Positions 1-19,694 of a stretch of 64,000 nucleotides of DNA are shown one piece after another. The stretch lies in NCBI RefSeq assembly GCF_009914755.1, contig NC_060939.1; one strand, written 5' to 3'. The translations under genes were made by a program, and so were the position numbers. The notes under the pieces were generated by a model. It saw only the letters and a list, made by a program, of their open reading frames with translations. It made no database searches and was not told the DNA's origin. Source of the DNA: the human T2T-CHM13v2.0 reference genome, Homo sapiens. Every line of letters starts with the position of its first letter. The stretch's first letter is position 1.

Positions 1-473
1 CAAAGTCTAAGAGAGAGTTAAGGAGAATATGTGGAATGTGGTTGAGTTCCTCTCTCCCTCCCTCTCTTCGGGGAAAGGAAATGAAAGTTGGCAGCAGGGT
101 GTATATATTTTTGTACTACTTGAATTCTTTATCATGCCAGAGCGCTGGTTTTCTATAAATAAAAAGTAACGCTGTAACAGTAACATTCAGTATGACTGAG
201 TTGGGCTGAGATAGCCTTTCTTAAATATTGGCAAACAATGCTAGAAAGTAATTTGGCAACATGTTTCAAAAGCCATAAAACATACATATCCCTTTACTCT
301 GGTTTTACTTTTAGGAATTTATCATAAGGAAATCATCCTTGCAGGATTTTTCTAAATGGAAAAATTGAAAACCACTTTGGAAATACCCAACAATAGGGAA
401 ATGAAAAATCAGATCAGATACCAAAATGTGAATGTTGGTCATCTTTGCATGTGGTACAGGACCACAACCTCTA

Positions 474-743
<270 letters not shown>

Positions 744-1250
744 TTAGAATCCAGAATCTTTTGGAGTTCAGAAAGGTTAACATAGACCACTGGGGCTAGG
801 AGAAGTGCCCTGTTATCAAACTCATTAATAGTTCTGCCTTAAAATATAGGATATTCACACTAAGTGGAATAAATGAAAGCTATGAACATTTTCCATCAGT
901 TCAGCTCAAGTTTCCTCACCAAATTTTCCATCTTCAGAGTTCTCACATTTCCCACTTCTGCATAGAGAGTGCCCCAAGGCAAGGCTACCTTCAAGGGGCT
1001 GGTGGCCACTGAGCACCCCAGAGGCTCCTCTGCTAGTGAGCAGGTGAACCAGGGACTGTGGCTCTGTTCTGCAGACCTGCCTTTCAGGTTTAAGGGAGCC
1101 ATGTGACGGGGAAGTAGAAAACCATTTTATTTCACATTTAGCATTTTCTCTGTGCAAACAGCTCTCTTAGCAGCAAACTCCAGAGGGTAGAATCTGGGCA
1201 TTCATCCTAAACTCTCAACAGACCTTTGAGTTAATATTTGGGGGAGGAGC

Positions 1251-1259
1251 CAAGATGGC
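1251..1259 (+). promoter_or_regulatory. YY1 site of the L1 promoter (CAAGATGGC), retained
   Basis: Canonical position near the L1 5' end. Confidence 0.8.
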
Positions 1260-1621
1260 CGAATAGGAACAGCTCCGGTCTACAGCTCCCAGCGTGAGCG
1301 ACGCAGAAGACGGGTGATTTCTGCATTTCCATCTGAGCTTTGAAGAGAGCAGTGGTTCTCCCAGCACGCAGCTGGAGATCTGAGAACGGGCAGACTGCCT
1401 CCTCAAGTGGGTCCCTGACCCCTGACCCCCGAGCAGCCTAACTGGGAGGCACCCCCCAGCAGGGGCACACTGACACCTCACACGGCAGGGTATTCCAACA
1501 GACCTGCAGCTGAGGGTCCTGTCTGTTAGAAGGAAAACTAACAAACAGAAAGGACATCCACACCGAGAACCCATCTGTACATCACCATCATCAAAGACCA
1601 AAAGTAGATAAAACCACAAAG

Positions 1622-2641
1622 ATGGGGAAAAAACAGAACAGAAAAACTGGAAACTCTAAAACGCAGAGCGCCTCTCCTCCTCCAAAGGAACGCAGTTCCT
1701 TACCAGCAACGGAACAAAGCTGGATGGAGAATGATTTTGACGAGCTGAGAGAGGAAGGCTTCAGACGATCAAATTATTCTGAGCTACGGGAGGACATTCA
1801 AACCAAAGGCAAAGAAGTTGAAAACTTTGAAAAAAATTTAGAAGAATGTATAACTAGAATAACCAATACAGAGAAGTGCTTAAAGGAGCTGATGGAGCTG
1901 AAAACCAAGGCTCGAGAACTACGTGAAGAATGCAGAAGCCTCAGGAGCTGATGCGATCAACTGGAAGAAAGGGTATCAGCAATGGAAGATGAAATGAATG
2001 AAATGAAGCAAGAAGGGAAGTTTAGAGAAAAAAGAATAAAAAGAAATGAGCAAAGCCTCCAAGAAATATGGGACTATGTGAAAAGACCAAATCTACGTCT
2101 GATTGGTGTACCTGAAAGTGATGGGGAGAATGCAACCAAGTTGGAAAACACTCTGCAGGATATTATCCAGGAGAACTTCCCCAATCTAGCAAGGCAGGCC
2201 AACAACGTTCAGATTCAGGAAATACAGAGAACGCCACAAAGATACTCCTCGAGAAGAGCAACTCCAAGACACATAATTGTCAGATTCACCAAAGTTGAAA
2301 TGAAGGAAAAAATGTTAAGGGCAGCCAGAGAGAAAGGTCGAGTTACCCTCAAAGGGAAGCCCATCAGACTAACAGTGGATCTCTCGGCAGAAACCCTACA
2401 AGCCAGAAGAGAGTGGGGGCCAATATTCAACATTCTTAAAGGAAAGAATTTTCAGCCCAGAATTTCATATCCAGCCAAACTAAGCTTCATAAGTGAAGGA
2501 GAAATAAAATACTTTACAGACAAGCAAATGCTGAGAGATTTTGTCACCACCAGGCCTGCCCTAAAAGAGCTCCTGAAGGAAGCGCTAAACATGGAAAGGA
2601 ACAACCAGTACCAGCCGCTGCAAAATCATGCCAAAATGTAA
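1622..2641 (+). pseudogene. L1 ORF1p interrupted by a premature TGA at 1949-1951 (R110*, CGA>TGA); also an in-frame AAC duplication at 2201-2206
   Basis: ORFs 1622..1951 and 1982..2641 share a frame and together give ORF1p (339 codons versus the canonical 338). Confidence 0.95.
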
Positions 2642-2677
2642 AGACCATCGAGACTAGGAAGAAACTGCATCAACTAA

Positions 2678-6532
<3,855 letters not shown>

Positions 6533-7744
6533 ACAATGAGATCACATGGACACAGGAAGGGGAATATCACACTCTGGGGACTGTGGTGGGGAGGGGGGAG
6601 GGGGGAGGGATAGCATTGGGAGATATACCTAATGCTAGATGACGAGTTAGTGGGTGCAGCGCACCAGCATGGCACATGTATACATATGTAACTAACCTGC
6701 ACAACGTGCACATGTACCCTAAAACTTAAAGTATAATTAAAAAAATAATAATAATAATAATAAATATTTTATCAAGGCACATGTTGGATATTTGCCCAAT
6801 ATAAGTTGTTGGTCTTTTCATCAGATCACTGTCTGAAAACACCAGCTCTCTTGCGCCTTCTCTTGTTTATGTACACGTTGGCTCTAGCGTCACTGTTACA
6901 ATCTCTCTTTATTGTCCTTTCTTCACTAGGTCACACTGCCCTGCATGTGCTCCCCTGCTGCATATACACATTGTGACTAAATATCATTTAGTCTTGTTTT
7001 CACATCTGTCTTAAATGTCTAAATCCCCAACTTAACTCTTTCTCATTTAACCTTTTTATAGGTAGAATTGTTTCCCGTATAGAGTTCACTTTTCTTCTCT
7101 AGGGGAAGGTAACTTTTTTGAGCTTCCTATTTATAGTCATTAAGGTTCAAAATTTATAGCATTAGATGCTAGCTTGCAGAAAAATGGAAGGGAGGTGAAT
7201 GATTTTTGCCTGGTTGAAGTGAAAATGCTTCTGTCTGGTAGAGGAGGGAACCCCAAGAGTGATGGTTTTATTGCTATGTAGGGCATTAACTAGTTTCATA
7301 TCTAATTTAGCAATTTCATTCCCCTGTTCTCTTTTTATCACTGACTCTCTATATATATCATTTCCTTGTGTCATCCTTTGAGCCAGTTTTTTTCATCCTG
7401 CCTTCTCTCATTAATGAATTATGTAAATCTTTTGACACATGCTCCTTATATATTTATATGAAAGTTACATTTTTAGCATTTTGAAATTATACTTTGACAC
7501 CCCCAAATGTGACTGAGATTGAGTTTCTCACCACTCCGGAGAGTCGTCAAAGCTGGATTATTTTGAGTTAGAAAAATGAAGTAGTCTGGAATTCTTGCTC
7601 CTGAGTGTGGTGGTTTAAGGACCAGTTTTAAGAGTGGGAAATTATCGGGCCAGGGAGCCGCCCCTAAATCTCTCTCGAGGGCAATGTTTAAAGCTTAAAA
7701 AAATAAAATGGAGTGGGTGGGATGGTGTTCCACTGTGCAGTGCA

Positions 7745-8200
7745 TATTACATATTTATTCATTTATCCAATCAATTTACTCACCCACCACACGTTTATTG
7801 AGCATCTACTATTTGCTAGGCACCGTTCTAGAATCTAAACGATGGTTTTGGGAAGACAGAAGTGAAAGTTCTGTTCTCCAGAAATCCCCAGAGTAATGTG
7901 GTGGGTAGAGGCCTAAGAGGTCAGTGATGTAAGCATGGTGGTCAGTGCATAGAGGGTTATGAGAACAACATGGTGTGGGTGAGAGCATGGGGATCATGGG
8001 AGCCTGCAGCACTGGCTCCTGACACATCCTGAGAGGTGGCTCCAACTGAGTCTTAATGTAGGAGTAGGACTTAGCCACATATGAAACTGAGAAAAGACCA
8101 TTCTGGGCAGAAAAGCATTGAAGAAAGGATGGAAGAGAAAACATCTTTGGATGTGTGGATGTGTACGGAGGTCCTTGTCCCCAGAGCATCAGGTGTGATC
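7745..8200 (-). mobile_element. L2 3' fragment (approximate limits)
   Basis: ttattgagcatctactat..ctaggcac is the reverse of an L2 3' end. Confidence 0.5.
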
Positions 8201-8233
8201 AAGGAGTGGCATGTGCTCCATAAATAAGCTTTT

Positions 8234-8729
8234 ATTTATGGTTAATTTTAGGTGTCAACTTGACAGGGCTTGGAATGCCCATATAGCCAGTTAAACATTA
8301 TTTCTGGGTGTGTTTTGAGAGTGTTTTCAGATGAGAGTAACATCTGAATTGGTGGGCTGAATAAAGCAGATCATACTTCCCAAGGTGGGTGGGCCTTATC
8401 CAACCCCTTGAAGGCCTAAGTAGAACAGAATGGCAGAGGAAGGTCGCATTCTTTCTCTTTGCCTAACTGCTGAGCTGACACATTTGTCTTCTCCTACCCT
8501 TAGGCTGGGACTTGCACCACCAGAGTGGCTGGTTCTCAGGTCTTTTGACTAAAGTTTACACCCTTGGCTTTCCTGGGTAAGGAGGAAAACTTGCAGATGG
8601 CAGACCATGGAACTTCTTAGTCTTTATCATCATGTGAACCAATTCCTTATAATAAATCTCATTTGAGAATCTATCTATCTATCCTCCCTCCTATTGATTC
8701 TGTTTCTTTGGAGAACTCCAACTAATACA
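8234..8729 (+). mobile_element. MLT2-type ERVL solo LTR
   Basis: atggttaattttaggtgtcaacttgac start; ggagaac..actaataca end; AATAAA. Confidence 0.75.
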
Positions 8730-9626
8730 ACTTGTATTCTTAATTGATGTTCTCCTCTACCTCTACCATGTGCTCTTTTTTTTTTTTTCCTTCTATCTTG
8801 TGGACATTCCTCTCTGCCAATGGAAGGGAGGGAATGAGAACAATTCTTCTCTTTTCTAATGGCAATTAGGGAAGAGTTAGCATCTTCTTTGAGGGGAAAG
8901 AATCAGATGGCAGACTTTGAGGGGAAAGAATCAGAAAACAAGCAGCAGCACATTTCTGGTTTCACCTTCAAAGGTCTCTTACACAGAAGAAGAGTTTTCA
9001 AGAATTACATGAGCATATTTCCCAGCCCCTCATATTGGAAATAATTTTCATGACTTTGGGGAAAATAACTTGAGTTTCCAGCTCAATTCTCTAGTTCCAG
9101 AAATCACAAGGGAACCAGTTTCAATTAACATGTCTAGTTGTCTACTGAGGAGGCCAATGAGGACTGCCGCCAAGAGGCAGTTGGCTGCAGGGACTCCGTT
9201 CCCCCAAACTTGGCTCAGCATCCAGCTGACACCCATGGACAACCCACTTTCAATGGCCCAGAACTCTGGAGGCCCACTATATAACAGATGGTGGGGCTGG
9301 GGTGGTGAGGGGTGAGGTGGTGTGAGGCTGAGAACTCCTGCACCTGGGCAAGTTGGGAGGAGAAAGAGCCGGCTGAGATCACTCCTCAAGTGGAATAGGA
9401 TGGATTGACTTCTTTGATTACAGCTAGCACCAGTGTCTGCAGTCTACAGGAAGGGTGCTGCATGTCTCCCACATGTCCAGACGGAGGCAGTGAGAGGAGG
9501 AGGGAAGCTGTGCCTCTCTGGATGGGATTTCAGCAGGTTGGAGAGTGCAGGTCTTTTGGGTGTCATGTGTGGTCATTCCAAGTTGCCTCTTTAGGTTCCG
9601 TATCAGTTGGGAATTGAGTATGTCTA

Positions 9627-10158
9627 TGTATTAGTTATTTATGACTGTATAATAAATTTAGTGCCTTAAAACAACAATAAACATTTATTATCTCACACAG
9701 TTATTATGAATCAAAAGTTTGGGAGCAGCTTACTTGGTGGTTCTGACTCAAGGTCTCCAGTGGGATTGTGCTCAAGATGTTACTGGGGTTTCAGTTGTCT
9801 GAGAGCTTCATGAGCCAGGGGCTCTGCTTCCAAGTGTTCATTCACAGGGCTGGCAAGTTGATGCTGACTATTGGCAGGAGGCCTTGATTCTTGGCCATGT
9901 GGACTTTTCTGTAGGGCTGCTTGCGTGTCCTCATGACCTGGCAGTTGCCTTCCCCTAGAGTGAGTGATCCAGGAGAAAGCAAGGCAGAACCCACCATGTC
10001 TTTTATGACCTAGAAATCACAAATTGTCATTTTCTTAATATCCTATTGGTTACACAGGTCAGTTCTATTCAACATGTGGAAGGGCTATACAAGAGCACAA
10101 ATCCTCCCAGTGGTCCCAGTGAGGACCACTGGGAGCCACCTTGGAGGCTGGCTACCAA
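9627..10158 (-). mobile_element. MLT1-type MaLR LTR
   Basis: tgtattagtt..ttaaaacaacaataaacatttattatctcacacag and ttggaggctggctacca termini. Confidence 0.65.
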
Positions 10159-13100
10159 ACTCCCCTAATAACAGGCCTGAAACAAGTGATAGGGCTTTAT
10201 TTTTCTCCTACATAAAATAAGTCTGGAGGTGGAGATCGCTACCACAGGCACCTTTTATCTCTCTGTGCTCTCATCCTTAGGGTTGCCTCATGCTTCCAAG
10301 ATGGCCTCAGCAGCTCCTGTCCTCATGTCTGAGTTCCAATTAGCAAAGGAAGGAGGAAATGCAAAAGGGCTTCCCAGATGAATCTGCTGTTTCTTTAAGG
10401 AGCTTTCCCAAATGCCTCATTCAGTAGCTTATGCCTATATATTATTGGCCAGAATTTAGTTCTGTGGCCATCCTTATCTATAGGGTAGGCTGCAGAATAT
10501 AGTTTTTCTTCTGGTCACATTGAAACCCTGAGTACCAGGCTTTTGTTGGTGAGGAAGAAAGGGAAAATGGATTTGGGGAAGGCTCCCATTCTGCTCCCAC
10601 CCCTTATCTAGGTCTTAAGACATCATGAGTCCCCTCCCACTGACATCCCTCCCACCCTTACGGTCCCTGCTACAGACTTGGAGCCCAAAAATGCTCACTC
10701 AGCTCCCTACGTTCATTCAGCTGGCTATGGTTTGGTTGTGACCTGGCAAGGAGGTTGTCTTCTAGAATCATCTATGGTTAGGCTTCTAAGCTGTAAAACC
10801 TGGGGGTTAGAAGTTACATCATTTAATCCTCATGACATCTCCATAATGTAGGTAGTATTATCCTCATTCTCCAAATTAGGAAAGAGATCCACAACTGGTA
10901 AGTGTGAACCAGGGCTTGAACCCGGTCCTGTCTGGCTCCAGAATAAGTGCTGTTTCCACGACATTACTTCCCATGGACTGGGAGGGCTATTTCAGGCGAG
11001 GTAATGGCAGTAATAAAAGGACCTTAACAAGCTGTTGATAAAGGGTGTGGTTTGCTTGTTCAGAGTGGAGTTCATCAGTTAAGTAGACTTTTACGATAGT
11101 CTATTTTTCCAGGATGTAATATATTTATACTAGGCTTTTGCACAGATTCCCCTTGCTCCTTCTTTAAGGGAAATCCATTGGTTTGCTCTGATTATGTTGC
11201 AGGCCCATAAAACAAGGTAGAGTCACGTGATAGACCGAGATCAAACCCTGATGGCACAGTCATGATCAGTGTGGCGAGTGGATTCCAGAGGTAGCCTTGT
11301 TGTTGTCGGGGCTTCAGGGCAGAAGGCAGTACTATATTATTTATCATTCAGTCATCCATCAAAATGTGGGATTTGCTCTGTGTGTTGTGTGCATGGAGGA
11401 CGGAGCAAAAGAAGAGAAGTTGTACTTCTGGAATAAATACATGAAAAATTAATGGTTTTTTATAATTTAACCAATATAAATTAGTTGATATGTGGATTGG
11501 AAATGGTTCCTGGCCTCAAGGAGCTCATGGTGGCATATCTTCCACCCTCTGGGTGCTCACTGGTGGTCCAGGCTCCTCTCGGTGCTTCTCAGCTCCAGGG
11601 AGGTGTATATCAGCATATCCTTGGAGGGGAGCTCTTCCATACTGTCCCCCCGCAACATCTTTATCTATTTTCACTCTTTCCTCAAAGAAGCCACCCACTC
11701 TGGAGTTTGCTTACAAAGTGTTGCTTCCCAGCTGTGCATGGTCATCCTGTTGTCTGAAAAGTGTGGAGGGGAAAGGGCATGGTATTATTGAATAACATTC
11801 AGATCGATGCTTTAGAAACATGAATTCCAATGGAGGACGCTCTAGGACCCGTCCCCGGGGGCACTTACATTGCTCTTTCAGAAGCTTCCTTAGCCTCTGA
11901 GTTTCGGCCCCGACGTTGGCACATCCAGCTGTGTGCATACCTCGCTGCCCAGCTCCTGCACCTCCTCCCAGCTAAGTCGGGAAGGCCCAGCCTGGTGAGG
12001 ACACTTGGTATGAAACAGAGATGGCTTTGCTGTGGTCTTAACCTCCTTTCTCCTCGGATAGCCTCGACTTATGTAAAATCTCTTTCTCATGACTTTGTGG
12101 TCAATAAACCTGCACGTGCCAGGTCTGCTCCAAGGCTCGCAGAGTTTTTCCTCTGGCTCCTGCATCCGTGTCATGCTGAGTGGGCTACTCCCCTGGAAAG
12201 TCCTCCTGATGGCAGCCGGGCCTTCTGGTAACTTTCCCCATGCTCTCTGGCTGTCCTCACCATCCACTCCATGGCCTGCACACGACTCTTTTCCTTAATA
12301 TCATCAGTTCTCTAATGTGAAATCTCAATTGGGTTCTCTAACAGTCATCCCGGGTTCTCAGACCCGCAGTTGGAATCATGTTAACAGCTCCTAAAACTTA
12401 CAACTGTGGAAACAGCTTTTATTAGTCCATACTTGCTTACAGTGTTATAAACCACAGTCGAATGCCCACAGTGGTAATAAGAGTTGCCGTTTATAGAGAG
12501 CTGATGATGTGTCCGGCACTAGCATTTTATATGCTTTTAAACTTCAAGATAACCCTGTGAAGTAGGAGCTACTATTTACAGTTGGAGAGACTGAAGGTCA
12601 GGGAGGTTAAGTACACTCCTGAGTGTCACACAGTTAAGTGTCTGTCTGAGTGTGGGGCTCAATACTCCCTGACTGCTGCCAGGGCAGCCATGCTGCATAA
12701 TATCCCCCTGCTGCAGCAGCTGCGACCTGTTGCCGTCTTCTGAGCACGCCACACCCAGAATGGCTGTGGGTGGAGGGTGGGGGTCCAGCTAAGATCAGTC
12801 CAGGTAAAATTAATGTTAAGACTCCTCCTCACAGGACCCAGAACACCAGTCCTGACTTGAGCATCTTTTCACACTGCCATCTTTTTTCTCCCATGTTGGC
12901 TATTGGGAGAAGGAATGGCAGGGAGGAAGTCATGGCCAGGAGTTACTTGTGACTGAAAGTTGGCATATTGCTGAAGGTTTTCAACCCTTGGTATAGGCAA
13001 AATCATGGTGTGTTTGATGGTGGAGTCGGGGAGAGGGGAAAGCAGTTTGGTTTTCTTGATTTCCTCAAGGGGAGGAGGTGATGTTTGTCTCAGCCTCAGA

Positions 13101-15774
13101 AACAGCCGCTATCTTTCTTGTTTTCATATCAGCCTGGCTGTGCAGCCAGTCAGTGGCTAAGGGTGTTGCTAAGGCTCTTGAGAACATAAGAAAGAACGTT
13201 ATCTGTCCAAATAAGATATGGGCCAACTGTAAGGCATTATTGCAAGAGAAACTTGCCTGTGCTTTATAATTCAACATATATGGTAATTCTAGTAGCTGTT
13301 GTTCTGTCCTAGGAGGAAGAGGAAGGTTTGTCAAACTTTCTCAAGAAGTGAATTGCAGCACAGAATTCTGTTGACCTGTGTTCAGTTCCCTCTTGAAAAT
13401 TCTAGGCTGTCAAAAGCAGACAGCTTTTCCAACACAGCTGCATTATCCACGACAGCAAGACAACAATAACTCCCGCTGCCCTGGCTATATTGCTTGGGGA
13501 GTTTGTGGGTGTGTGTGTTTCTTATTCTATTTTTCCATCTGGTGACTTTTGTTTTCTTATAAACGGTGCTGTTTAAATGCTTTCCACAAATGCAATCTTG
13601 AAAATAAACACATTGAGTGAACAAGAACAAAAGAAGATCCATTCTCGATGCTGATCACTGCTGAGAGGTTTCCTCAGCTGCAGGGAGATAGGAGATGAGC
13701 GGATGAGCAGATCATCAGTGTGAAATGCTGCTCACGGGTGCTGTTGGGATTGGATCCAATCGGAATGGCATTAATGGTGCCCTGGCCCCTGTACATACAG
13801 AAGGCTCAACAACTAGATACCCGTGAGCTACCAGCGGGCCTTGAAAATTTAGGAGGCTCATCTCCCAGTTGGCAAGTCAAAAAAAGCCCTGGTTTCATGA
13901 CTTCTGGAGCTTCCTAGTAAAAGAACCCTGTGGCTCGATTGTCACTTCATCCTGCAGAGATTATCGTCAATCTTTTCCCATCTTCTTCAACCAACCACCT
14001 CCTTTTGATCACTGCCTTAGTTTGGGCCCCCCCGGAAGTAGATGCTGAGACAGATTTGAGCATAGGCAATTTATCTGGGAGGGGCAGAGAATGTCAGTAG
14101 GGGAGGGGGAAATGGGGAAGTGATTCAGGAAGGAAGGCAGCCAACAAAGGATGCAGTTCCACCAGCTCTCATAGCAGGCAGATGGAGCTTAGTCCTGTGG
14201 GGAAGCTCTGGAAACCAATATCAAACACACACCTCAGAATATTACCACCCGAGGGAGAGGACGGGGGTGTTTATACAGCAGCTTCCAGGTGCATTGGTAG
14301 AAGTCTGCTCCCTAGGGGTGTTAATTCTCCCCCACTTCTGGCTTTCGTTGCATGTGAGTTGAGGGGTTTTCCACAGTTTTGGAAAAAGTCCCAGGCACAG
14401 GCATAGAGACACACAGTTTGAAGTTGGCTGAAGTCCACTGAAAGGTCTGAGGGATGTGTCTGGGACACTAACAGCCTCTTTTTTCACCATACGCACGGCT
14501 TCAGGTGAGCAACTCCCTGGGAGTTAGAGTGATGGGGCCATGTCTGAACGGTTTTCTCCTCCTAGTATTTTCCATTTTTTTGTTTCACCACCATCAAGTT
14601 ACCACACATCAGAACTACTCCCCACACACCCCCACCTCCATTCCCTGGGTGTGAGTTCTTGAGAACTGCAAAGAATTGATTCCTTGCCTTTATGGGGGAA
14701 GATGCCGAGAATCATGTCTTGACAGCTCATGCATGAACCACCATAGGGACCCCTGATCCCAGCTGCCCCAGGAAGCAGCAGCTGTCTGCTGGCAGCAGGA
14801 CATCAGTTGTTGTGGGTGGTGATGCTCCAACCCTGGCTTCCTTCTCCGGAGTATGCAGCCACAGAGACGTGGCAGATCAAGAGTGCTGTATCAGTTATGC
14901 TGCCTTTAGCGGCAATAACAGAAAACCCCAACTTGAACTGGTTTAAGCAATACAGAAAATGTATTTGATTTCACCAAACAGGAAATTTGAGGTAGAGTGC
15001 CCCAGGTTAATTCAGGGCCCCTAGTACTTTCCACCTCCTCATCTTGCTATCTGCAGCATGGCAACTTTGTTTTCTGGTATCTCCATTGTTTGCCAGGTGG
15101 CTGCTGCAGGGTCAGGTCTCATGCACATAACACAGGCCTTCCAGACCCAGCTACTGTGGCGTGGAGGAAGCCCACACCACCCTATACAAGGAGACCATAG
15201 GGAGAGGCCAAGTGTAGATGTTCTGCCCAGTAGCCAGCTGAGATCCCAGCCGACAGCCAGAACGTGAGCAAGGACAGCTCCAGGTGATGCCAGCCCCTGT
15301 CATCCGTCAGTCACCCTCAGCCATTGAGCTTTCCCAGTGGAGGGTCCAGACATAATGGGGCAGAGACAAGCCACCCCCATGGTACCCTCTCAGAGTTACT
15401 GACCCACAGAATCCGAGAGCTTAAGAACATAGTGCTTTATGTCGTAAAGTTTTAGGGTGTTTTTAAAGCAACAATAGAAACTGGAACATTGCTCCTGGTG
15501 GCATTTGCTTTGTTTCTGAGGAAAATCTGAGGGGAAGTTAAGGGGCTTTCGATGTTCATTACCTGCCACTGTTCATGTCTTAGAGAGGGGCCCAGAATCA
15601 CTGGTGGATAGAGAAAAAGCTGGCCCGGTGCCCGGACACGTGGTAGGGGCCAGAAAGGCTTCTTTTTCATGGGTAATGTGTTCCATTATCCTGGAGACAC
15701 CAGGAGAGGGCTTTCCAAGAAAGGTTATTGGGATCAGGCCACATGTTGGAATACCCCTCAAAGGATAGTCTCAA

Positions 15775-16481
15775 AGGTTTCTGAAGACTCCCAAATCCCA
15801 GAATCTCATTACTTCTCCCGAAGCCCTTGCCATTCTGTTCCGACTACCACCGTCTCCTGTCTGAGCTACTGTAAGTGGCTGCTGAGTGATTTCCTGCGTC
15901 ACCCCTGCCCCACTAGACTTCATTGTCCATGAAGTGACCAGAATAGTTCTTTTACCTAAGCCAGCCCGTGTATTTGGTCTGCTCAGGACCACCTTCGAGT
16001 CACTCAGCATAGAAGGCCCCTCTGGGTCTGCACCTCCTGCCTCTCTCCAACACGTCTCTAACATGCGTGCCCTCATCCACTTTGGTCCAGCCACAATGGC
16101 TTCCTGTTGCTCCTCAAACATGACAAGTGTCCTCTCACCTTAGGGCCTTTGCACCGCTGTTCCCGCCATCCAGAATGTTCTTCTCCCAAAGAGCTGCATG
16201 GCTTATTCCCTCACCTCCTTCAGGTTTTACACAAATGCCCCTAAATGAGGCCTTCCCTGACCACCCTAAGTACACTTGCACACTCTACCCCCACCCCTGG
16301 CTCTCTGTATCCTTTCTCTCTCTAATTTTCTCTACCAATCTTATCCCTAGCTAACATACTATATGTTTTACTTATTTATGATGTTTAGTATCTAAATGCT
16401 CCACTGAAATTATAGCCCTATGGAAGCAGGGATTTTTGCCTGTTTTATTCAGCCTAGAACAGTGCCTGACACATAATAGGC

Positions 16482-16510
<29 letters not shown>
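15775..16510 (+). mobile_element. L2 3' region
   Basis: gggcctttgcac..cctagaacagtgcctgacacata..tail. Confidence 0.65.
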
Positions 16511-18091
<1,581 letters not shown>

Positions 18092-19694
18092 GACAGGGAA
18101 AGAAGAACCTAAACCTCAGTCCTTCAGGATCCTGTGTTTGCGCCTCCCCAGTTAGCCACATTGTTTTCTTTTTTTGCACCACCAAATTCCAGCAATCCAG
18201 TTTGGTCCCTCAGCCCCTGGGCAGCCCATGATGGGGCCCACAGCTCTGGCCTTGCCACAATCCTTCCCTGCTCACTGTTTATTGCCTTTGGGCCAGGCAG
18301 AGTTCCTTCCAAAATCCACTCTGCCTTCCGCTGTCCATGCCAACCCTGGCCAGGAAGCGGAGGACAAGGCCAACCTGGGCCCTGGCCTCACGCCTGCCCT
18401 ATGAGGTCCACTGGGCCTCCTGCCAGCAGATCATGGTACAGTGAAGAGGGGGCCTTCCTCAGGAAACCCAGGGGCCACGCATCTGAACCTGACCTCTTCC
18501 CATGTGATAGAGGATAGTCTTTTTAAATAAGTAAAATCATGGTTCTCATGGAAATGTACAATGAACACATATCAAAGATTTTATTTAACTCCCTAGTTGA
18601 ACGAGGGAACTGGTAAGATGTTACAACTGGTTCAAAGAAGTCAAAACAACTGCAAGTTTATATGGCGTAAAGAAATGTTGAAACAATTTTATGTATATAT
18701 TTGAAACTTGCTTTATTATTGGGAGGGGGCACAGAAACCAAAACGTTCTGCTGTGAGATTCAGCCACATTGTTGTATGTAGTTGACGTTTGTCATTCTCA
18801 TTGCTGTCTCAAAATACAATGTATTCACCCATTCTGCAATTGGCAGACATTGGGGGCAGTTTCCAATGTATGGTTCCAGCACATACCTTTTGGCCAACAG
18901 AGGTGCACATTTTTATGGGGTCTTCTTAGTCTTTAAAAGAAAAGTGGTCAGTTGTTTGGCCAAGACATTTTCTTGACCCAGGCTTAACAGATGAATCAGC
19001 CTGTTATCTCCTTTGCCATAATCAGCAATTTTTCTTTTGTACTTTCTCTTCCTTGAAGTGCACCATTCCATCTGCAGGATTCTTCAACATTGCTGAGCAA
19101 GGCCAGTGGCTGTCCTGTTATATTTTTAACATATGCAGGTGACTTATTTACATCCTGGCTACAGACTGGCTCAGGGGTGAGGGGACGAAAGCAGCTGCCC
19201 GAGCTGGCCGGTGAACCTGGACACTCAGCTGTCCAGCCAGCTGACGCTGTGACTTTCTGCCTTCAGACACTCAGTTGTGTTTTTCCACTCCGGAAACAGT
19301 GATTTCTACCCCCTGCCCTTCTCTGTCTCTTGATGGGAAATCTATCGCTAGTTGGCCTCGCTGTCCCTTGCTCTGCTCCTGAAATGGATACTAAAAGCAA
19401 CTTATTTCTGAACCTGTGCTTTTCAGCTCACACTTCCACATCGTCCCTTTCTTTTGTCCCTTTCTTTTCTTCTCTGCCCGCATGATGGGCTGGCCCTTGG
19501 CAAGGTCTTTACTTTCACTGTGTTTTCTTTCTTTCCCCAGAGTCTCCGATCCTGTCTTTCTCAGAGGTGTTTTCATTGTTGCTGTTTCTCCTCCGTCTCT
19601 CATCCCCTCAGGCCTCGTTAGTCACTTCCTTACCTGTAAATATTTTTTTTTTTTTTTTTTTTGCCGGTGGTTGGGGGGGAGGTGGGGGAGGGGG

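Noticed and set aside
1215-1619. 134-aa antisense ORF over the L1 5'UTR as possible ORF0
   Set aside because: ORF0 lies in the segment removed by the splice; this ORF begins at a non-ATG codon and is an incidental antisense frame.
11485-12298. Cluster of overlapping 70-133 aa ORFs in a GC-richer patch
   Set aside because: No recognisable domain; open in several frames on both strands, consistent with composition. Could be non-coding exon or enhancer sequence but this cannot be supported from sequence alone.
12703-12718. tccccctgctgcagc CTCF-like motif (similar one at 21552)
   Set aside because: Mismatches at key core positions.
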